DNA from: Nageia nagi
Taxonomy: Eukaryota; Plantae; Pinophyta
DNA: 64,000 nucleotides
NCBI GenBank assembly: GCA_050084985.1
Contig: JBITNC010000001.1
Location: 117,366,001 to 117,430,000, forward strand
Reading direction: 5' to 3'
Under the pieces are notes generated by a model. The model ran no database searches. It saw nothing but the letters and a program-made list of their open reading frames with translations, and was not told the origin of the DNA. Each line of letters begins with the position of its first letter. Position 1 is the stretch's first letter. Shown piece by piece: positions 54,040 through 64,000 of this stretch. The position numbers were made by a program, and so were the translations under genes.

Positions 54040-55102
54040 TGAAAATATTAATCCCCATTCTCAAGAGATTGGGAGACTCTAGGCACTATTTCACCTTTGG
54101 GAGATAATCCATGCATTCTTGAGCATTACTGTAGACTCCTTCTAGGTTCTATCCATCATGTTTGTGCATTATCTTCTTCCTCTATGTGATGTTTCCATTC
54201 TCAAGTGTTATTAACTCTTGTTTGGGTGTTATTTTCTACACATCTAGGCTCTATTTTCATTCCAACCTCTGCTACATCCTATGCTCTAGGACTTAAGAGG
54301 CTATGAGGGTTACCTCCTAAACTTTGAGCTGTAGTACATCTCCTTTGGGTTATGCTTCATTATGGGCATTATTCAATCTTTGGGCATTATCAAACCTTGG
54401 TCTCTAGAACATCTTTCTCAGGCTCTCTCTCCATTCTAGGCCTTATCTCCATTTCTCTATTATGGGTGTTAGGCTCCTTTAGGTTTTATCTCATTTCTTT
54501 GAGACTTATTGATTTCGATCTTTATTAACTTTGGGTGCTACCACTCTCTGGGAGTTGTTGCACCTGTCATTTTTGGTGAGTGATATCATTGTTTTAGAGC
54601 TTGGATCTTGGGACTTATTGCATTATCACATCTCTCTTGCACTAGAACTTGGATTTACACTACAAAAACATTCATATAAGAAATTTCTACTTTGAAATTA
54701 AATGCTCAACTATCGACACTAGTTTCTAATACCAACATTAACATTTTTGTACAAAAATGGTTGATCTACCTTTTGCAACCATTTAATGTGTTTCAAACAT
54801 CATGCATACAAGGGCATGGGCTTCATCTACTCTGCAAAAAGGATGATAGAATGCATGCATGGAGCCATGCTGCATTTAATTATATTTTGACCAAGTAGCA
54901 AACATATAATATTAGATAGCCTATGCATAAATAAAATAATAGATGGAGGAGCATAGAAAAGAGCTGTGTATATTTTTTTGTTAGCTCCAAGAGAGCATTG
55001 TAAAAAAATTTACTTCTTTGCAATACAAATAATATTTTGGTCTCCTATTTATCTCGCTGTTTATTCTGCCTATGGTTAATCTCGTTATGCTATGGCTAAA
55101 CA
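54040..55102 (+). repeat. 3' LTR (3'-truncated)
   Basis: Starts after the PPT and aligns with the 5' LTR up to ...GCTA(T/A)ACA. Confidence 0.92.
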
Positions 55103-55502
55103 AGCATATTCTAATATGTTGAAGAGCTATCATCTTGCAATTTTAAAACTCTTTGAGCTCTTTATTTTAGTGTATTGTTAAAAATGTGTTTGAACTTGGA
55201 TGAAATTAGATATGGTTTGTAATTTTAAAGATTGAAGAATATGGCTTAGCAAAGAAATTGGGTAGATGAAGCTTGGTTTCATAGTGTACCTTCTAAATCT
55301 GTACTTGTTTTGAAAATTTTTGAACACTTCTTCATCAAATAAACTACATTATAGTTACCAAAATAATTTTTCTAAAGGAAATAGAATTTAATTGTCCAAC
55401 AGAGTAAGTGGAGATTAGGTAAGCCAAAGTGATAAATGGTCAGATTTGTATCTTAAGTTTGTAGGATTTTGTGTTATGAATTGAGAAGTATAATCACAAG
55501 TA

Positions 55503-57356
55503 TGTTGGGTGTAGAGAATGATTAGAGTTTAGCTACATAAACTTGTTGTTATGTCATTTAACACATGGGTTTAGTTGGCATGAATCTCTAATTCCTAGAT
55601 AGATGTACATTCCAGTTAATGCATGATTGAGGATGAGAATTCTTATACATAGAATTTATGTGTATTATAAAAAAATAGTTTGACATGAGTGTATTGTATT
55701 AAGAGGGTTTGAGAGGAGAGTAAGTGTATGGGAGGAATTCATTGTATTTTCATTGAGGAATGGTTGTAGCCTTGCTACAAGATTGGATTCCATCCATCGA
55801 AGGAAGAATACAAAGAGTGAAATTTTTTAAGGGATGTAGCCCATATATTGGGTGAACCTCTTACATGCTTGTGTTATCTGTATTTCTATGTGAATTCTAT
55901 TTTGTTTTTTTCATGTAGTTAGAAATTTGAATATTTTCTCTAGAGACTATTTCATTTAATTGGTAAAAAATAACAACTGGTATCAGATCTTGGTGTGCTT
56001 GTTGGGTATTTGACAAAAAGGATTCTGATTCGAGTGGGAGGAGATGGCAGAAGATTATAAATTTAGTAGATAAATTCAATAGTCAGAACTTTCAATTTTG
56101 GGGAATTCATATTGAAGACTACTTGTGTTGTGTTTTATAGCTTCAGTGGCATTCAATATTTCTTAGGAGACAACTACGAAGGATCTAATGGACACACTAA
56201 AAAGGTTGTATAAAAATCTCTTCTGCTTCAAATAAAGTATTTTTAGTGAATCAACTTTATAATTTGCATATGCTAGAAGGTGGATATGTAGCTTGTCATT
56301 TAAATGAATTCAATATGGTTGTTAGCAAGTTAGCCTCTTGTAAAGTTAAAATAGAGGAAGAGATGCAAGCCATTTTATTCTTGTGTTCATTACCTAATAG
56401 ATGGAAGAGCTTGGTAGTAGCTATTAGTATTGTTTATGGTATTCTTTCTTTTGATAATGTGATAAGCACAGTCCTTGGTCATGAGTTACGAAGGAAGAGC
56501 ATAAGAGAGTCATCATTTGGTGTATCACTGATTGCTAGAGGAAAACAAAGGGTAAGAGGAATGAGTTTGGTGAACCATGGAGAGAATCAAGATAGATCTA
56601 GGTTTAAGGTAAATATGGAGTGTTGGCATTGTGGTAAGAAAGGGCATCTAAGGAAATATTATTGATCTCAAAATGGAGATGAAGGAGAAGGGTCAGAGGC
56701 ATACATGGCTAGTTATTTGTTACAATATGCCTTGATACTTTTTGTGGACTGTGAAGAGGAGATTGACCAAACAATGGGAGCTATGAGTGAGAGGTATGTC
56801 CACAAATATGGACATGATTCAAGATTTATTATATGATTTTAGGATGGAACACATAATATAGTTATAGCTTTGGATCATTACGATCCCAAGTCCCCAAGTT
56901 GAAAGGTAATTCCACTTTTGGGGAGTATGCTTTCAAAGCTAGTAGCAAAGCCATATTATATGTGTGCATGCTATGGGTCATCCATTATATGTAGATCTTG
57001 CTATAGTGGTGATGTTTGATTCACCATGTTACATAGTAATTTTGAGGATGTTATTATTATCAATAATTTTGGTAGGTAGATTTTGTGTTGCTTATTGATT
57101 ACAAGATTAAAGTATGTGGATGACACTAGTCTTGTGTGATAGTTCAGAGCATGTATACAATAGTATCGATGGGTTGGTCAATCCCTTGGTTGGTTGAAGA
57201 GTTGTCTTGAATGGATTACAATAGCAATAGAGTTGTTGTGGAGGAGATGCTTTCCTCATGTGGATGGAGTGTCATTATTATCACTGATTTCTTTTGTACC
57301 TAGAAATTTGAATATTTTCTCCAAAGACTATTTTATTTAATTGGTAAAAACTAACA
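55503..57356 (+). mobile_element. Gag-only Copia element with most of the 3' LTR deleted
   Basis: 5' LTR 55503-55975, PBS TGGTATCAGA at 55978, gag ORF 56246-56665 with CWHCGKKGH. Only ~65 bp of the 3' LTR remains. AAGTA on both sides. Confidence 0.92.
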
Positions 57357-60300
57357 AAGTACAAGTATAATCGCAAATGTAGATACTTAGTTATGTATTT
57401 TATTTTGAATTTTACAAGCATAAGTAAACTTATATTTAAACTTCACATATATTTATTGATTGTTTGATCTATTGAACATGACTTTGAATTAGATTTTGCA
57501 TATCCTAGATCTAGTTGTAATATCTTCTTTCTATAGGTGATATGCTTTTGCATAGTTCAATTGGGTGAATTCAAACCTTATGTACATTGAAAGATAATTC
57601 ATTTGGGATATTTTGAAACGTACCAATAGGATGTTGCTACATATCTAAGATTTTTATTTACATTTGTACTCCATCTTCTTTCATTCATCCATGTTAAAAT
57701 TGTATTTAGATTTACTTGAACATAATTTATATTTATTTAAAATTATAATTGGTTATTTTTTAAAGTACTTTTGAAAACATCAAAGCTTCTCTAATTAAAG
57801 AATTCTATCTTTTAACTATTTTGTATTTTTAATATGAACTATATTATCTTCATAAGTTCAACATAAATTATTTTTATTTACATAGTATATCTTTTAAAAC
57901 TTTGTTAAATTAAAAACTTTTATCATATATTAAGAGAAAACTTTTATCATATATTAAAAGAAAATAGATATTCTATCATCAATATCAATAATTTTTTTAA
58001 TATGTGAAAAAAACCTTCGTAATTCAATTAAATTTTCTTAATATTATCCTTGGAGTAAAAATGAAATGGAACAAAAACAAAGTGAAATTATAGAAAAGCT
58101 ATAGCAAGCTGGTGACTAATAAGACCATTTCAAAACCAAAGAATATTACGAATATATTCTGATTTAGTTGTGCACCATCATTCCAAACAAGTCAATTATA
58201 CAGCTTTGATTTAATATACATATCACTTTCCATGTTTTGTTTTTGATTTTGAACTTTATGTTTTTAATCCATTCCCATATCATGCAATGGAATTGCTTTT
58301 TTTTTTTTTTTGGCATGTAAAGGCATTTTTACTGGCTTAAAAAACGACTCTTGTTACATAAAAATCACGTCATACGGCACGGGAGTTGAATGTCTATGTT
58401 TATATTAATTTATTCATGTTCATGAAAAGAATAGGAGAGCCTTAAGGGAAAGGATAAAAGGAATGAATTATAGAAATTTATTATGTGAAAATTTGTTTAT
58501 AGTTTTTTTTTTTTGGTTAGAATTTGTTTCGTTTCATTTCTTTTTAATTTGATACAATTTAAGGTAATTTGATTTAGAGTATGTATTATATTTTTAAAAG
58601 AAATGATATTTTCAAAAAAAAAATTGAATTATTTTTAATAGGGAATATCATCTTTTGTAAAATTAGTATTTTATTCTTTTAAGTTTTATGGTGCTTTTAT
58701 CTTTAGTAATTTGTAGAATAGTAATTGGAATTTGATAGGTACCATTTTCTTGACAATTATCAAATCACATCAAATAAATATTAAAATGAAGATTACTTTG
58801 AATGAAGGATCATATTATATAATATACCAATTCATTATTATAGTTAAAATTCAAGTTGTATGTCAAAGATAATATAGTGATAATAAAATATGGACCTTTA
58901 AATATGTTTTAATATTGTCATTAATAAATATATTTAATGATATCAATCAAGGATTAGATATTAAGGGATGAGAATTATATTCAAGCCCATGAGTTGATGT
59001 TAGACTCATACATTTTGCTTAATGATCCAGAGTTTAAAAAAATTAATAGATGGATTAATATGAAAAGTCAAGTGATAAATACCATAGGAGGATAAAATGG
59101 TACTTTCATTATTTAAGGATTCTATACATATTAAAATAATAATAAATGAGTTTGAAAACATTTAGGATATTTATGTAAAGGTAATAATAATGAATCTTAT
59201 TATTTAAATATACAATAGTGGTTTTTAAAATTACATTATTGGATTTTAGATTCGTAATTTAGGTTTCCTTATTACTATAAATTATCAAAGATTAAATAAT
59301 AATGATAACAAAAAGTATATTTGAAATGCTACAAGCTTAGTTTATGTTTGACTCTCTCAATATATGATCAAACCTCCTTAATCTCAAATTTTGGTCTTAG
59401 GAAATAATGAAAATACAATACAAGTGCTAATAACATCTAAGAAGAAATATAAATAGATAACGAACTAATTTTATATGAAAAAATAATTTGAAATAAGATA
59501 AACAGAGTGTGGAGAACTCAAATGTGTGTACTACAAATACATGTTCTTTACGAGATGTCAAATCTTGAGGCATCTATCTTGAATATCTTGATACCTCTCA
59601 ACATTTTTAGATATATATCTAATATATATAAGCTAGTTATTATACTAAATAAAGATAATATTGTATAATTTTTATTGTCTATTTATCATATTATGTTTCA
59701 TATATATTTGAAATTTATCAAGTTCTCTAAACTAATTTGAGTGGATTAAACACGATAATTTTTCAAGGAGTTTGACTAAGAATGTTGTAATAAATTTCTT
59801 CTATTAGGTTAAAATCATAAATACTAATTAGGATTGATCATCTTATGTTTGAAAACAAGTATTAGTGAACCCTCATATGTATCATATATCCCTTTCTGAC
59901 TTAAAGGGATCTAAGGCTTTATAGGTCACACTCATGTGAAATAGCTAAAGGCTTCCATCTATTCATTATTTTACTCTTTTTATATCCAATTCTAGTTTCA
60001 CTTGTTTCTATTTCAATGGGGCAAAAGTAGAAACTTAATTATATATTTTATTTTAGATTTTATAAATATATACAAATTTAAATTTAGATTTTACATATTT
60101 ATTTACTTAACATATATTTATTCATTATTTGATATATTGAACATGAACTTGAATTAAATTTTGAATATCCTAGATCTAGTTTTAATGTCTTCTTTGTATG
60201 GGTGATAAACATGATTTTACATCGTTCAATTGAGTAAATTGAAATGTACCCTATGTATATTGAAAGGTACTTCATTTGGGATCTTTTGAAACATACCATT

Positions 60301-60742
60301 AGTATGTTGCAACATATCTAAGATTGTTTATCTTGATTTACGTTCCATTTTGTTACATTCATCTAAGTGAGAATTGCATTTAGATTTATTTAAACATAAT
60401 TTAGATTTATTTAAAATTATATTTTTTATTATTTAAATATAATCAAGTCCTTTTGAAAACATCAAATCTTCTCTAATTGAAGAATCATATCTTTAACTAT
60501 TTTACATTTTTTTTTAAATGAGAAAACTTTATATTAAATGTTTTGCATTTTTGATATAACTTTATGCATTCAACATAAATTATTCTTGCTTACATATTAT
60601 ATCTTTAAAAACTTTATTAATTAAAAACATTTAACATATATTAAAAGAAAATAGATATCCTATCATCAATATCAATTGTTTTTCTTCAAAATAAACTCTC
60701 ATAATTCAATTTTCTTAACATTATCCATAGAGTAAAATTAAA
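57357..60742. repeat. Backbone D-E-F-G-D' without the TIR insertion
   Basis: D starts at 57357 and paralog D' at ~60025, a ~2.67-kb period. E at ~58280-58405, F at ~58716-58990. Confidence 0.85.
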
Positions 60743-63700
60743 AGCCCATCATGTTCGTCATACTTTGGTGAGCCATAGACTTACATAGACATTCCTAGCC
60801 TCTTTCACCCATCATAACTTACCCCATCATATTCTCCCCCACTTTAAACTAGTGGTGACCTAACATCAGGTAAGCTAGGAAGATGTATATCCATGTGCTC
60901 CTTGTATCTAGCATACCATGTTCGTGTACATGCATAGAAGTCCTAGGGGTTTTTTCGAGACTATGGTGTCTGAATGCCATCTCTGGAAGAACAACTGACC
61001 CACACATAAGGCATCCTGGTTATTCAAGATAGCAAGACTTCTCTAATGCCAAGGACTCAGCCTCAACTGATGATCATCTAAAATATCTCATAAAGCCTAT
61101 TGTTCAAAGTAGCAGTAGCATCGATTAACACAAGGGTCCATGGCCACACTCTTTCCTTTTTCCACTAACCTCAACCATCCACATGCTTTACACTACATCC
61201 CATTTTTCCATCCATGATTAGCTCCAACATTGGCTAATAAGGCTTTATGAAGACATTACATAAGTAAATAGTCTAGGCATTGCCCAACTCATGATAAACA
61301 TTCCCCACACTAGCATTGTTTCCTACGATGCGTATGACTAACCTATCAACCATTCTATGTATTTCACTAACCAGATCTTACATGAATCCACATGAGCTCA
61401 CCCTTTGTGTTATGCATGATCAAAGGTGTTAACTAACCCATCTCATTTCCTTGGCATTTTAACCAATAGAGTGTGTCCATAACCTAGAATAGGGAATCAC
61501 TCATGGTTCCACTTCCGAGCTAGGTCCAATCCACAACTCTAGTGAAGGCATGTTCCTATAGTTCCCACTCAACCTTGGAACATCTTGAGAACATAAGCCC
61601 ACTAAAGGATCTAACACATGCAGTTTTATACAATATAGATACTCGTTTGCCTAAGATTGTCATACCTTAAACATGACCTACCTAAGCTGCACCCAATCTG
61701 TGAATCTAGCACCCATTCTACTCATGTGATTGTGAGCACCATCATTATGACTACTTGGCATAGTGCTTTCACTAAGGCAACCATTCTTGCCATGCACGAT
61801 CCATTTACCCTTTTAGCTTTTCAACTTTTAGGGTTATATTCACCACTTCCTTATCTATGAATTTGTGGTAACACGCATAGGGTAACATTTAACAATGCCT
61901 GCTAGGGAGGGGTTGGTAAGACCCACCAACTAGGAACACACAAAGGAAGGCCTTTGAGATACACCATCCCATCAGGAGCACCTTGAGCGATGATCACCCC
62001 AATCCATACCTATGGTTCTCGTTGACCACCATATACACAAGCACATGCACACCATGGTGATTATATTACTTTGTACCAACAAATATATACAACTACATCT
62101 CACATAGATGGTTTACATCACTATTTCCCTCTCGATGGATCTATGCTTACCACTTAGCCACTAACCTTCATGCTTCCAAGCCGACTAAGGGATTTCTAAT
62201 GATCAAGCACCATAGTATAGTATTATTGGAAAACCAACAACCCATTTTTCCACTTAGGTAGCTCAACACCCTTTCCAGGTGTGCACATACCAGGTAAGTT
62301 GGGAGCACAGAACCATCTTGCATAAACTGATCTAGCCTCCAACCCTTTGCATGGGATCCACCCAACCATATGACTAGTAACCAACTTTACCAACTATTTC
62401 ACACACCACTTGACTAGATACACCTCACAAGGAATGCCCATACTACCCTATAGAGTTCAATCCCATGTATCCCAATCTCAAGGCAACACTGTTAGCTCCA
62501 ATTCCATTGATGGGTTTCATCCCTCTGGACTCTTTGCTAACACATAAAGAAAATTAGGTTAGAGTATTCCATGCCACACTTGCAAGTTGAAGTATTCCAT
62601 GCCACACTTTGTACTCCACTCTTTGTTCCCTTTGTCGAACCTTGGACACAACCAAGTTGCCCCTAGACACACTACTAGGTTCCCAAGATATGAAGTTCGA
62701 GCTTTCCTTTCTCCAGTGGCATTATGCTTATCAACTTATGTTATTGACTATTACCAACCAAACCTTTCTTAAGTTGTTTCACCTCAACATCATCATTTCC
62801 ATCATGATCTCCATCAAGTCAGCTAAGGTGTCCCCCAAACTAGCTATGGCCATTTGACCAAGTCAACTACAGTTTCTCCCAACCCTTTCCTGGCATCCAT
62901 CGAGTTAGCCATAGTCCATCTAAGTCACCATCATGTAAAAAAAATACATACCTACCGTGAAATAAAATTAATACCTATTGAAGAGATTTTAACAACCATG
63001 GGCTAATCCACCACTTTAAAAAAGGAATAGTTGGGGATTTCTTGACACCTATCTATTTCATCCATGATCGCCCCAAGAGGAAACTACTTGGACCCCCAAA
63101 TAGGATTCTACCTCATGCTTTATGGAAAAGGCTAGCGTCATCTTAATAGGAATGCCTAATCAACCCTTGGGTACACCCATAGCTGGCCTAGCATTCCATG
63201 GTATGAGTTTGATATGGCCTAAGTAAATAGCCCCACCATAGGCACTGATGCATGTGAATCATCCCTTCAGTGCACACCCTCTAGGCTATGAGATGCAGGT
63301 TAGGATACTAAGGCTATCAATAGCCCACCATGTTAGTCATACCCTGGTGAGCCATAGATGCACATTGACCTACATGGCCTCCACTTCCCATCTAAACTCA
63401 TGCTGTCATATTCTCCCCCACTTTAAATTGGTGGCAACCTAACACTAGGTAAGTTAGGAAGATGCATGTCTATAGGTTCCTGATATCCAACATACCATGT
63501 TCAAGTACATGCATAGAATTCCTAGGGGTTTTATCGAGAACATGGCATTCAAACTCCATATTTGGAAGAATGATTGACCCATACACAAGGCATCATAGAT
63601 AATCAAGATAGCCAAACTTATCTAATGCCAAGGACTCAATCTCAACTGGTGACCATCTAAACTATTCCATAAAGCCCATTATTTGAACTAGCAATAGCAA

Positions 63701-64000
63701 TAGCTAACATGAGGGTTCATGATCACACTCATTCCTTTTGCCACTAACCCCAGCTATCCAAGTGCTATCTACTATAGTTCATTTTATCATCCATAATCAA
63801 TGCCAACACTAGCTAACAAGGCTCTATGAAGATATTGCCTAAGGTAATAGTCTAGGCACTACCCAACTCAGGCCAAACTTACCTCATACTAGCATCCTTG
63901 TCTTCCATGAGTACGAATAACATGTCTGACATTCTATATCTTGCACTAACTAGAACTTACATGAATCCACACAAGCTCAACCTCTGTGTTGTGCACAACT
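60743..64000. repeat. R2.6 array (>1.25 units, runs off the window)
   Basis: Unit start motif at ~60743 and ~63322, period ~2580. Confidence 0.9.

Larger units (their letters stand above)
48702..55102 (+). mobile_element. Degenerate full-length Ty1/Copia retrotransposon (Ivana/Ale-like gag)
   Basis: 5' LTR 48702-49797, PBS TGGTATTAGAAC 49800-49811, domain order gag-PR-IN-RT-RH, PPT AAGGGGGTGAT, 3' LTR 54040-55102 (last ~30 bp and TSD missing). Empty site near 3810. Confidence 0.95.

Noticed and set aside
48697-55107. TSD for the full-length Copia
   Set aside because: The left flank CTTTG is not repeated on the right. The 3' LTR end and TSD appear deleted.

Overview
AT-rich, strongly CpG/CpHpG-depleted plant nuclear DNA; a large-genome plant such as a gymnosperm is a guess. 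I see no intact protein gene, RNA gene or CRISPR array. Most of the window is a nested higher-order tandem/segmental repeat. The same modules recur in the same order: GGTTAATCGA motif array (B), decayed coding-like block (C), a 2.3-kb gag-only Copia element, AT-rich block D, a CpG-retaining hairpin block (E), an RPA1/OB-fold-like pseudo-exon (F), block G with a second copy of D, and a ~2.58-kb tandem repeat. Copy-specific insertions can be read against empty sites in sister copies: a 6.4-kb Ty1/Copia element, a 2.08-kb solo LTR with a GGATG TSD, and a ~1.05-kb TIR element. The same gag-only insertion survives in five different states. A unique segment at 32.1-40.6 kb holds a CpG-rich patch, gene fragments (PPR-like and spliced exons), a hairpin+CTAG end and a 4x ~295-bp array. 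The most interesting hypothesis, which is inference only, is that the D-E-F-G backbone is a head-to-tail non-autonomous Helitron concatemer, one copy of which captured 4.25 kb of host sequence by end-bypass. All alignments and translations outside the ORF track were done by eye, and module boundaries are approximate.
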